From an uncultured Planctomycetaceae bacterium (lineage in GTDB: Bacteria; Planctomycetota; Planctomycetia; Isosphaerales; Isosphaeraceae): a DNA stretch of 64,000 bases. Position 1 is the stretch's first letter; every line of letters starts with the position of its first letter. This document shows, in pieces, positions 44,036 through 54,187 of this stretch. The notes under the pieces are model-generated. The model saw only the letters and a program-made list of their open reading frames with translations, did not search any database and was not told the DNA's origin. A program made the position numbers and the translations under genes. Location of the stretch: positions 1,696,001-1,760,000 of the forward strand of contig CAWIAD010000002.1 of assembly GCA_963833985.1 (NCBI GenBank), read 5' to 3'.

Positions 44036-45745
44036 GTGTTGCGTGCCATGTGTCATCGATTCATTCGCGCGGGGACGCTCCTCTCTCTCTGGCTTTTCTC
44101 ATGTAGCGGTCTGGCGCGTTGTATGGCCCAGCCGCCGGCACAACCAGCGACGGAGAGGCCGTCCACGAAGCCGCTAGCGGACCTGCCGGAAGAGCGGCCG
44201 GACGACCGCGGCGTGCCGCAGCCGTTGCCTCCACCGCTCTCCACCCTACCGGGTCGCCGCGTGCCGGCGGTCACGCCGCCATCTCCGCTCGCCACTCCGC
44301 TACGAATCAAGCCGGCGCCGTTCAACCCGACCGACCTCCGGTTTCCGATTACCCTGGCCACCGCGCTGCGACTCTCCGACGCCCGGCCGCTGATCGTGGC
44401 GGCGGCACAGGCCGGAGTCTGGGTGGCCGAAGGTGAGCTGATGCACGCCAAGGTCCTCTGGCTTCCTGCCCTCAACATCGGCTTCGACTACATTCGCCAT
44501 GACGGCGGCGGCCCGGACTTCAACAAGGGCATCCTCACCGCCGTAAGTACAAATTTCTTCTACGCCGGCGGCGGTCTCTGGGGCAATCCGTGGGGCATCA
44601 TCGATACCACGAATGCCATTTTCCAGCCCCTGGCTGCGCGGCAGGCCTTGAACTCTCAGCACTGGAACGTTCAGACGGCCAAGAACGACGTCCTGACGGA
44701 GACGGCGGATGCCTACTTCCTGGTCCACCAGTACCGGGGAATCTATGCAGGATCGATCTACGTCGTCGAGCGGGGCCGCGACGTGGTTGGCAGGATTGCC
44801 GGTCTGAGCGGCGACCTGGTTCAACCGTTCGAGGTCGACCGGGCGCGGAACATGGTCGCCGATCTCGAGCAGATGTCAGTCGCGGCGCGGCAGCAGTGGC
44901 GGGTCCAGAGCGCCCGGCTGACGCGGATTCTCCGGCTCGACCCGCGCGCGGTGGTTGAGCCGCTGGAGCACGACCACCTCCAGATCACTCTGGTCAGCCC
45001 GGCCCGGACCCTCGAAGACTTGATGCCCATCGCCCTGACGAACCGCCCGGAGATTTCCTCGCGGCGGGCGCTGATCGCGGCAGCGGAGGTCAGGGTCCGC
45101 GAGGAGAAGGCACGCCCCTTCATCCCCGAACTCGTGCTCAACGGCTTTCAGACTCCCTATGAGATGCTCCAGGGCGGCATCTTCGGTTTTGGGCCCAACA
45201 GCAGCCTCAACAAGTGGGTTGGCCGGTCGGACGTGAGCCTTCAACCCCTCTTCCAGCTTGAAAATGTTGGATTGGGCAACCTGGCCATGATCAAGTCGCA
45301 ACGGGGCGTGCAGTCGCTGGCCATCATCGATTACTTCAACGCTCAGGATCGGGTGGCCGAGGAAGTGAACCGGGCGCACGCGAACCTCCAATCCGCTGCG
45401 GCGCGGGTGGTTCAGGCCGATCGCGCACTCAGGACGGGAATCATCACGCTCAATGGAACGATCGAAGGCCTGGAACAGACCAGCCGCTTCGCCAACGTAC
45501 TGGTGCCAATCAGCCGGCCGCAGGAGGCCGTGTACGCCCTTCAGCTCCTGATGCGGGCATTCACCGAGTATTATACGACCGTCGCGGATTACAACCGCGC
45601 CCAGTTCGAGCTCTTCCATGCGCTCGGCTACCCGGCCCGCGAACTCGCCCATTTCCGGCCAACCGGAGAGGTGCGGCCCGTTGACACCTCCCGGCCTGCT
45701 TACCTTCCTCCGGTGGGCAATGGACCGCCCCCGGCGACGCGATGA
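44036..45745 (+). CDS. TolC-family outer membrane factor, copy 1
   Basis: Signal peptide, ADAYF, ALTNRPEI and YNRAQFELFHALG; operon context. Confidence 0.85.
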   Translation: MLRAMCHRFIRAGTLLSLWLFSCSGLARCMAQPPAQPATERPSTKPLADLPEERPDDRGVPQPLPPPLSTLPGRRVPAVTPPSPLATPLRIKPAPFNPTDLRFPITLATALRLSDARPLIVAAAQAGVWVAEGELMHAKVLWLPALNIGFDYIRHDGGGPDFNKGILTAVSTNFFYAGGGLWGNPWGIIDTTNAIFQPLAARQALNSQHWNVQTAKNDVLTETADAYFLVHQYRGIYAGSIYVVERGRDVVGRIAGLSGDLVQPFEVDRARNMVADLEQMSVAARQQWRVQSARLTRILRLDPRAVVEPLEHDHLQITLVSPARTLEDLMPIALTNRPEISSRRALIAAAEVRVREEKARPFIPELVLNGFQTPYEMLQGGIFGFGPNSSLNKWVGRSDVSLQPLFQLENVGLGNLAMIKSQRGVQSLAIIDYFNAQDRVAEEVNRAHANLQSAAARVVQADRALRTGIITLNGTIEGLEQTSRFANVLVPISRPQEAVYALQLLMRAFTEYYTTVADYNRAQFELFHALGYPARELAHFRPTGEVRPVDTSRPAYLPPVGNGPPPATR

Positions 45746-45915
45746 TCTCCGTCCTGCCGCGAACGGCTGGACGCCTGAGGCCTGGACGTGATCCGAAACG
45801 AGAAGGGCTCACTCCGGCCCTCGCTCCTACTTTCGGAGGTGACGAGGAATGCGGATGATCGGGAGAACCAGATGCCCGTGATCGTAGTGCAGAAAGGATC
45901 GGAACAGGGTTGGCC

Positions 45916-47784
45916 ATGAGCCGAGGCGCTCCCAGGCCGCTGGTTTGCGCGATGATCCTGCTCCTCGGCGGGGCCATTCCGGCTGCGCGCACCGCCGAGC
46001 CGCCGGAACCTGCGAGGAGCCCGACACGAAGGTCGACTGCGCCCGGGCTGGCCGTGAGCTCGGACCGCCCGGCACCGCGGGCAACTGTGGCCCGGCGCGC
46101 CAGCGGGCCTGCTGCTGGGCGCTCCACCCAGGCAGAGGCAGAGGCGTTACCCTCGTCGGTCTCGTCGGACATCGCGCAGTTCGTGAGCCAGAGCGGAACG
46201 GCCCCGCTCCCATCGACCGCCCCTCTGGTGACCCCTCCCCGGCCTGATCGCGACGCCATCGCCTTGCCCCAGCCGCTGCCACCGCCGCTTGCCACGATGC
46301 CCGGCAGGCGAGTTCCCGTGGTCTCGCCGCCCTCACCCCTGGCCACCGCGTTCCGGCTGGCGGCAGCGCCGTTCGGCCCATCCGACGTCCGGCTTCCCAT
46401 CAACCTCGCCACTGCCTTGCGGCTGTCTGACGCGCGGCCGCTCATCGTAGCTGCGGCGCAAGCCAGGACCTGGATTGCCGAAGGTGAGTTGATGCGCGCA
46501 AGGTACTCTGGTTGCCGACGATCAACATCGCCTTCGATTATGTCCGGCATGATGGTGGCGGCCCGGATTTCAACAAGGGCGTCATGACGCAGCCCAGTGT
46601 GAATTTCTTCTACGGCGGTGCCGGCCTGGGCGGCTTTCTGCAGCTCGCCGATGCGGTCTATGAGCCGCTGGTGGCCCGCCAGAACCTCAATGCACGGCAA
46701 TGGAACATCCAGGCCGCCAAGAACGACGCCTTGATGGAGACCGCGGATGCTTACTTCCGGGTCCACCAGCACCGGGGAACTTACGCGGCCTCGATTTACG
46801 TCGTGGAGAGGGGCCGCGACCTGATCGGCAGAATCGCCGGCATGAGCGGCGACCTGGTTCAACCGTTCGAGGTCGACCGGGCGCGGAACATGGTCGCCGA
46901 CCTCGAGCAGATGTCAGTCGCGGCGCGGCAGCAGTGGCGGGTCCAGAGCGCCCGGCTGACGCGGATTCTCCGGCTCGACCCGCGCGGTGGTGGAGCCGCT
47001 GGAGCACGACCACCTCCAGATCACTCTGATCGATCCAGTGCGAGTACTCGATGACCTCATGCCCGTTGCCCTGGCCAATCGCCCCGAGCTGGGCTCACGG
47101 CACGCGCTCGTCGCGGCCGCGGAGACGGCCGTGCGGAGAGAGAAGGCGCGGCCGTTCATTCCCATCGTCATCCTCACCGGCTTCCAGTCACCCGGCGGGA
47201 TGCTCATCCAGGGCGGGTTTTTCGGTATCGGTCCCAACAGCAGCCTGAACCAGTGGGTCGGCCGCGAAGATGTCAGCGTCCAGTTCGTCTGGCAGCTCGA
47301 AAGCATGGGGCTGGGCAACCTGGCGCGGATCAAAGCCCAGCGCGGCCAACAATCAAGGGCCATTGTCGACCTTCGCAGGGCCCAGGACGTGGTGGCCGAG
47401 GAAGTGAACCAGGCACACGCGAATCTGCAATCCGCCGCGGCGCGGGTGGTGCAGGCCGACCGGGCCTTGCGCACCGGCATTATCACCTTGAATGGAACCA
47501 CCGAGGGCCTCGAGCAGACCAGCCGGTTCGACGATGTGCTGGTGCCGGTCAGCCGGCCACAGGAGGCTGTGTACGCCCTTCAGCTCCTGATGCGGGCGTT
47601 CACCGAATACTACACGACGGTGGCCGACTACAACCGTTCTCAGTTCCAGCTTTTCCACGCCCTGGGCTACCCGGCTCGCGAAGTAGCCCGCTTCCGGCCC
47701 GCCGGTGAGATCCTCCCAGTGGAAACGAGCCGGCCTGACTTCCTTCCTCCTGTCGGCAACGGTCCGCCTCCGGCGACCCGGTGA
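45916..47784 (+). CDS. TolC-family outer membrane factor, copy 2; frameshifts ~46498 and ~46985
   Basis: Paralog of copy 1 across ORFs 45910..46587, 46512..47054 and 46987..47784; same C-terminus PVGNGPPPATR. Confidence 0.85.
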
Positions 47785-47832
47785 GCGTTCGATCTTTTCA
47801 CTCGGCAATCCTGGGTGATGAATCAACGACGC

Positions 47833-47861
47833 TTGTCCATTGTGGAAATGCTTCGTATAAT
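47833..47861 (+). promoter_or_regulatory. Sigma70-type promoter of rnpB
   Basis: TTGTCC (47833-38), 17 bp spacer, TATAAT (47856-61), about 10 nt upstream of the P1 helix. Confidence 0.8.
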
Positions 47862-47870
47862 GAATATAAG

Positions 47871-48431
47871 TTCGTGGCGGGCGCGATGATCGCCGTGGCG
47901 CCTGGGGTGGTCTGGTGGCATCGAAAGAGCAATCGATCGGTCTCACCGGCTCTTTTCAGGGTCGTGCCGCGGAGGAAAGTCCGGACTCCGAAGGGTGCGG
48001 TGGTGGGTAACGCCCACCGTCAGAGCTCACAGAACGTGGCTCCGATAGGGAAAGTGCCACAGAGAAAAGACCGCCCCGAGGACGCTGCTTATTGCGGCGG
48101 ACTTGGGGTAAGGGTGAAACGGTGAGGTAAGAGCTCACCAGCAGGCCGGGTGACCGGCCTGGCTCGGCAAACCCCACCGGGAGCAAGACCAAATAGGGGA
48201 GCAACGCGGCAAGACCGCACAAGGCGGCGTGAACTCGGGCGACCGGGTTACACCCACCAAAGGCGTTCTCCGCGTGCGGATCGGCCCGATCCGTTATCGA
48301 CTTCCGGGTAGGTCGCTCGAGTCGCCGGGAAACCGGCGGCCCAGAGAAATGATCATCCGGGGCCGGCTTCTGACCACATCGTCGTCAGCGGCTTGCCTCG
48401 ACAGAATCCGGCTTAGGCGGCCCGCCACGAG
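47871..48431 (+). ncRNA. rnpB: RNase P RNA, bacterial type A, about 560 nt
   Basis: GAGGAAAGTCCGGACTCC, AGTGCCACAGA, GGGTGAAACGG, GGCAAACCCC, GAGCAAG and ACAGAATCCGGCTTA. 5' TCGTGGCGGG pairs with 3' CCCGCCACGA. Confidence 0.96.
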
Positions 48432-48723
48432 CCTTCTCCTCTCCCATGCCGATTCCCACGCCTGGACACCGTCACAGGAAAGACAAGAGTTTCAAGGACC
48501 CGAACACGCACAGCGCCGGGCAACGGTGGTTGCCGACAGCAACGCGGCACCCCTTCCGGCACCCGCCGCTCTGAGAGCGGCAGCGGCCGTTCAGCCAGTT
48601 GGGCGGCTCGCGTCTTGCTGCGTGTCGGCATGCTCCGGGCGGTGTGCCTGGGGCGTTTTTCTCACGGGTTGCAGGCATTTTCTGAGTCTTGGACATTCCT
48701 GTATGCCAGGGCAAGCCTCCTCC

Positions 48724-48747
48724 GGCAGGCAGGAATGCCTGCCCCAC
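48724..48747. repeat. REP-like palindrome (GGCAGGCAGGAATGCCTGCCCCAC) with a degenerate partner upstream
   Basis: Internal hairpin GGCAGGCA/TGCCTGCC; related GCAGGCATT and GACATTCCTGTATGCC at 48671-48707. Confidence 0.5.
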
Positions 48748-48779
48748 TGTCTCAGCCTGTGATCCGGGTGAAAACCGCT

Positions 48780-49175
48780 CTAGAAAGCGCTTCCCGCCAC
48801 GATCCGGACATTGGCGTACGAGCTGAACTCAGCGGTGCGAATGATCCCTTTGACATCGAGGGACTGCTCTTTGAACTCGTGGAACGGCACCTCATCGATG
48901 TCGATGTCCCCGAGGGTCTTGAGGATCTCCTGGTACAGCCGCGTGCTGTACTCTTTCATCTCCACCGGGACCGCGATCGATTCGATCACCAGTTCGTCGG
49001 CCACGGCGCGAATGACGTCGAGCAGTCGGGGAATGCCCTGGGTCAAGGTGAGATCGATGACGTGCCCATCGGTCGGCAAGGGGTAAGCGGCATCGACAAT
49101 GAGCAGTTCATCGGTCTGTCCCAGCTCGGCCAGAAGTGAGCAGATTGCCGGATTCAGGATGCCGCCCTTTTTCAT
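48780..49175 (-). CDS. rbsD: RbsD/FucU family protein (D-ribose pyranase-like)
   Basis: MKKGGILN, LIVDA, IDLTLTQGIP and IIRTAEFSSYANV...AGSAF match RbsD. Confidence 0.85.
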   Translation of the reverse strand: MKKGGILNPAICSLLAELGQTDELLIVDAAYPLPTDGHVIDLTLTQGIPRLLDVIRAVADELVIESIAVPVEMKEYSTRLYQEILKTLGDIDIDEVPFHEFKEQSLDVKGIIRTAEFSSYANVRIVAGSAF

Positions 49176-49429
49176 TGCAACCAGTCCTTCCGATACGAAA
49201 GCCAGTGGCCCGACAGTGCCGGGCGGAGAGGAAATGGGAACTCGCATCCGAGGTTGACTCAATCGCGGCGCGCCATGGCAAGCAAACCCTCCAGGCCGTT
49301 GTTCGTGCAGGAGGGGTACCGGCTTCCTCCTTACTTGAAGTATAACCGCCCTGTGGCCCATGCTCCACCCGTCACGCCCGCCCGGATCTGCCGCCGGCAG
49401 CGCGGGATCTGCTTTTCAGGGATGGCCCG

Positions 49430-51761
49430 ATGCCGGTTCAGGACCCTCCAATCGAACCAAGCACCACCCGAGCCCTCAGGCGTCCCGCTTGGATCATTCC
49501 GGGCTTGCTGTGCGTCCTCCCGTTCTTTGGCTGCCAGGACGCCGACCACCTCACGGCGCGGGTGCCGGTGCATCATGACCGGGCAGAGGGCGCCGGAGCA
49601 GCACGGGACGCGGCGCAGTCCGCACGCCAGGTCCCGGGCGTGATGACCTCGATCCTCGATCCACGGATGGCTCCGCTGTTGCGGGCGGCTGATCGCTGGC
49701 AACGGTCCCACGGGCCCGAACGCCAGGTCGTCGACCAGGTTTACCTCGTTCCCGATATCGCAAGCTTCTTCGAGATCATCGAAACCTGGGATGAGCAGAC
49801 GTACTTTCCCATCCTGATCGACGACCCGGTCTGGACACTGCCCTTCCTGCGCGTGTTTCGACCGGCCCGCGTGGTGCGAGTCGCTGTGAACAGACAGAGG
49901 GCCGAGGGTGTGCCGGAGCCGGAGCCGCAGCCACCTTCGCTCGAGGATCGCTGGCGGGACGCACAGCTTGCCGTGGCAAGAGCGTGGGGCGGAGCCTCGA
50001 TGGCGGAAAACCGCGCGGCCAGTGCCCATCGGGTTCCTGCCGCGCTGGGTTCCACCCCGCCCGGACTGGTGTTGAGCGATCCCGCGAGTCCCGCGCTCGC
50101 CGGCGCCGTGGCCCTGGCCGCCGGGCGGTTCCAGCCACTCGTGCGGCTGGAGCCGATCGCTCAGGAGACGGCGTCCCAGACTTCGTCGGGCGCCGCCGGC
50201 CCGAAAGGGTTCCGCGACGTGCTGTCGCTGAATGAAGCTTGTGAGTTCGCTCGGCGCATCGAGGCCTGTGCCGCGTCGATCACGGGAGATTACGGCCGTC
50301 TGGGCGACCAGTGCGACTTCCTGACCCTCGCCGGCGAATGGCCCTACCGCTACACCAACGATACGGAGGGCGGAATCCTCCGTGGCGAGTACGCGCTGGA
50401 TGACCTGATCGGCCGGCTGCCCGACACGGCGGATGCGGGACTGGCCAGGGCGCGCAGGCGCTGGGCGTTCGTCGGCCGGCTGCTCGGGGATGCGTCAGCC
50501 AGCGTGTACCGGGCCATGTGTTCCCTGTTTCTCCAGCCTGGGGCTGCCGTGCTCTGGGACACCTACCAGGGCGGTCGTCTCTGGTCGGACTACCGGATGA
50601 CCGAGGCGGCGCAGGTGTTCAGCAAGCACTGGCCGTGGTCTGCCCCGCTGGTCCATCGGTCGGCCGGGGCCGCCAACCTGTCGGCCTGGCACGAGGCGTT
50701 CGACCCGGTCAATCGATTTGGATGGATCATGGTCAACTCGTCGGGAGCGCCCGGGCAGTTTTCGATTCCCGGAGGCACGGGCCTCCCGGCCGACCTGCCC
50801 CGCGGCCGCCCGGCGGCCGTGACCATCATCCACAGCTTCTCCGCCGCCGACCCGCTCGATCCCACGACGATCGCGGGCCGCTGGCTGGACAACGGCGCCT
50901 TTGTTTACTTCGGGTCCATGAACGAGCCTTACCTCGTGGCCTTTCGATGCCCCGAGCTTGTGGCGCAGCTTGCGGCGCTGGAGGTCCCTCTGAGCGCGGT
51001 CTTGCGGCAGGGCGAGTTCGAGCCGTTCGGACGGCCCTGGCGGCTGGTCTACCTGGGCGATCCGCTGTACCAGATCCGGCGTCCGGCTCTCGAGCCGGGC
51101 CGGAACCGCGTTGCCCCCGACCCGGGCCCGGTGCCGAGACCTCCGGGCCGCCGCTGGCGAGCCCGTGTGATCAGCGCCGGGCGCAGCCAGCTGCGCGCAA
51201 GCCGGCCCGGCGGAACGCGTGCAGTGGTGCCTGGATTCGGCCCTGGCCGGGCTGTGCAAGACCGTCGGCTCGGTGCGCGGCTCGGCTCGAAGCGCAGCGG
51301 ACCTGTCCGCGACTCTGTTGAGCATCGATCGCCAGGATGTCGCCCCGGCCTTGCGGCCCGTTCTTGATGAGCTCGTGACCGACACCCTGCTGGACAGGAA
51401 CGACCCCCAGCGCCTGCTCGACTGGCTGATCCGGCAGCCGGCGGCCGGCGAGACTCCCCGGCTACGGCGCACGCTGGAGACCGTGGCGGTCTGCTTGCTC
51501 TCCCGGTTCGTTGCCAAGGGATCGGTCGCTCCGGCCCTCGACCTCTGGGATGAGCTGGTTCGTCGCTCCTGGCCGGAAAACGCGTCATTCCCTGCCCGGT
51601 TCACCCAGCGCATGGGGGCGTTCATTGATTCCAGCCCGCCGTCCGCCCGCACGCTGTATCTCCAGAGACTGGTGCGGACCAGGGAGTTCCTTGCTCGGAG
51701 CCATGGAGCTTCGCCGAGCCTGGGTCTGCTCGACGAGGAGCTGCGACGGCTTGGCCGGTGA
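49430..51761 (+). CDS. Large hypothetical lipoprotein; frameshift(s) at ~51150-51220
   Basis: FFGC lipobox and GAFVYFGSMNEPYL...YLGDPLY. A helical C-terminal part is in ORF 51219..51761. Confidence 0.65.
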
Positions 51762-52027
51762 CTCGGCTCGATCCTGGCAATCCGGCCGCAAACCATTACA
51801 TCCGGAGCACTTGCCTGCCCACGACTGGAACGCTACGATACCCTTGTCTCAGGAACTTCCTTGCGGAGCTTCTTGCCGGTGCGCCGGAGTTGCCTCACTC
51901 CCTGATTGTAAGCCGTTTGCATGCAGTGGTTTGCACCCGCCCTCGGAGATCCGGGACGATTTTGTTAGGATCCAGACAACGTTTCGTCCCGGCGTGGAGA
52001 AGCCATCGAGCGTACTTCTCTCACCGC

Positions 52028-52098
<71 letters not shown>

Positions 52099-52285
52099 CT
52101 CACTGTCTGACACTGAACCATCCCGACTTACCCTGTCCAAGTCCTCATTTTCACTGGATGAAACGATCATTGACGATTGATGAGATATCTGGATGATCTC
52201 GTCACACTCCGACTTATCCCGACCCTCTCCAGGCTCTCCGTTCGGCAAATATTCGGCAAAGCGTTCGCTGATATGTTGCCCATCT

Positions 52286-52470
52286 GTACCCGTAGCCTGC
52301 ATGAACTCGCGTTCCCTGGCGGGAACCAGCAGGGCCGTAATGTGCTGGATTACCTGACCTTCTGCTTTGAAGCGGATCGACGCGGCCAATCGCCTCCCTT
52401 TCTCATGCCTGTCACCACGGCGGAAGTCAAAACCGCCTGATTCCAACGATCCCACCCTGTGAACGGGTAC
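52286..52470 (+). mobile_element. IS66-family remnant (transposase tail plus right end)
   Basis: QQGRNVLDYLTFCFEA...PFLMP tail and right end GTGAACGGGTAC; GTACCCGT at 52286 is a possible left IR. Confidence 0.7.
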
Positions 52471-52689
52471 GAAACGCCCCGAGCACCGACGACAGCCGCC
52501 CTTGAAGAAAACCTCTAAGCAGTCCGTAGTTATGCTTCGTTAAACGGTATTGAGGTTAAACCTCAAGGTGAGCGAAAGGTGGAGGTAAGGATTTGGTTGA
52601 GCCGGACCCCAAAAGTGCGGGAGCCGAACCCCAATATGCCCGCTCGACTTTCAGCCCGTAATGCCGTAAACTTAGGCTAATAGGTTTGG

Positions 52690-52995
52690 ATGCAAATTAT
52701 GACACATAGCGAATTCAAGCATATCCTGGGCAGCATCAACGCGCTGTCGCCGGAGCAGATAGAGCAGTTGCGGCACGAATTAGACCGCAAACTTACCTCG
52801 CCGACCGTCCAGGGCGAGCCTCCGCTCACGGAGGCGGAACGGGCCGATCAGGAGGCGCAGCACCGACTGCTCGCGGCGGGCATCATCAGCGAAATCAAAC
52901 CGTCGCGGCGGGTCTCGACGGAGACGGAGCGGTTCACGCCGATTCCCATTCAGGGAGAGCCGCTGTCGGAAACCATCATCCGCGAGCGTCGCTGA
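52690..52995 (+). CDS. Putative antitoxin of the downstream PIN toxin
   Basis: C-terminal PIPIQGEPLSETIIRERR typical of VapB-like partners; 1 bp from the toxin start. Confidence 0.75.
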   Translation: MQIMTHSEFKHILGSINALSPEQIEQLRHELDRKLTSPTVQGEPPLTEAERADQEAQHRLLAAGIISEIKPSRRVSTETERFTPIPIQGEPLSETIIRERR

Positions 52996-52996
52996 G

Positions 52997-53446
52997 GTGG
53001 CTGATTATTTCCTGGATGCCTGCGCGGTTGTGAAACGCTACGTCCTGGAGACAGGGACCGCCTGGGTGAGGACTCTGGCAGCGCCCGCGACGGGGAATTT
53101 CATCTATCTGGCGCACATCACGGAGGTGGAGGTTACTGCCGCCATTGCTCAGCGCCGCGGCCAGCCCGGATTGAGCGTGTCAGAAGCGAGCGCGGCCCTG
53201 GGGTTGTTCCGCCAGGATGTTGCCCAGGATTGCCGGATCGCGGAGATTACCGTGCCGCTGTTGCGGCAGGCTGCCCTTCTCGCCGATGTGTATGCGCTGC
53301 GGGGTTACGATGCGGTACAACTGGCGGCGGCGCTCGAAGTCCGGTTGCAAGTGCCGCTGCTGATTCTGGTCTCAGGGGATGGCGATCTCAACACCGCCGC
53401 GACCGCCGAGGGATTGCCGGTGGAAAACCCTAATACGTATCCATGA
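52997..53446 (+). CDS. vapC: PIN-domain toxin (VapC family)
   Basis: YFLDACAVVKRYVLETG, LRGYDAVQLAAA and VSGDGDL...AEGL.VENP. Confidence 0.88.
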   Translation: MADYFLDACAVVKRYVLETGTAWVRTLAAPATGNFIYLAHITEVEVTAAIAQRRGQPGLSVSEASAALGLFRQDVAQDCRIAEITVPLLRQAALLADVYALRGYDAVQLAAALEVRLQVPLLILVSGDGDLNTAATAEGLPVENPNTYP

Positions 53447-53889
53447 TTATCCATCGAGTGGGCCCGGCGACCAGAGAAGCGGAAGCCTGCTGAACAAGCG
53501 CGGCTCGACGCCATCCGCGGCTGCAGCGTCGAGCTGGCCGCGGCGCTGGACCTGGCGGACGGATTCGCCGACCTGATCCGGAAGCGGTCGTCCGCGACCT
53601 TGAACGAATGACTGGCCCCAGGTGAGGCCTCGTCGGACCCCGACCTGTGCCGATTCGCCGAGGGCATCGGTCGTGACGAGGTGTGTGTCCAAGCGGTGGT
53701 GACGGAGCGGTGGAGCAACGGCCCCGTGGAGGGACACGTGAACCGTCTGAAGATGATCAAGCGGCAGATGTACGGTCGGGCGGGTTTCGTGCTCCTGCGG
53801 GCGCGGGTACTCAACGTCGCCTGAGAGCGGCACGGCGATGACGCTGCCGGGACTCGAGCAGCCAGCTTCATGAAAAGTGCGGGAGATCC
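53447..53889 (+). mobile_element. ISL3-family remnant (3' transposase fragment with an internal stop, plus right end)
   Basis: WSNGPVEGHVNRLKMIKRQMYGRAGFVLLRARVL*, then CTTCATGAAAAGTGCGGGAGATCC. Confidence 0.88.
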
Positions 53890-54065
53890 GTCACCTGTCG
53901 TCAGGCACGCTCCGCGAACTGGCGCCGACGTTGGGCGTCTACCATCCCGACAGCGTGCGCAATGTCGTTCGTCGCGTCGACCGCGAGTTGACCAGGTCGA
54001 AGTCGGTTCGAAGGGACATCGAGTCGCTTCGGGACTGACTTCTGAAAACCGCCAACCGGACTTGA
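53889..54065 (+). pseudogene. C-terminal HTH fragment of a probable Y1/REP-associated tyrosine transposase
   Basis: RHLSSGTLRELAPTLGVYHPDSVRNVVRRVDRELTRSKSVRRDIESLRD*LLKTANRT*. Resembles the DnaA-C-like tail of RAYT proteins as I recall it; not in the ORF track. Confidence 0.5.
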
Positions 54066-54187
54066 CCTTGCGAAGCCCTGTGACCCCGCGAAGCCCTGCG
54101 TATTTGGGTGGCCCCGTGACAAGGTAGGCGTTCGACAGACGTCAAACCAAGTACGTCCTTGCGACGGCTGCGTCACAGTATCGGCTT

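Noticed and set aside
47956..48762. Small ORFs overlapping rnpB
   Set aside because: The region is explained by the RNase P RNA and intergenic repeats.
53447..54065. Selenocysteine or readthrough at in-frame TGA codons
   Set aside because: They lie in truncated transposase remnants, so ordinary decay explains them.
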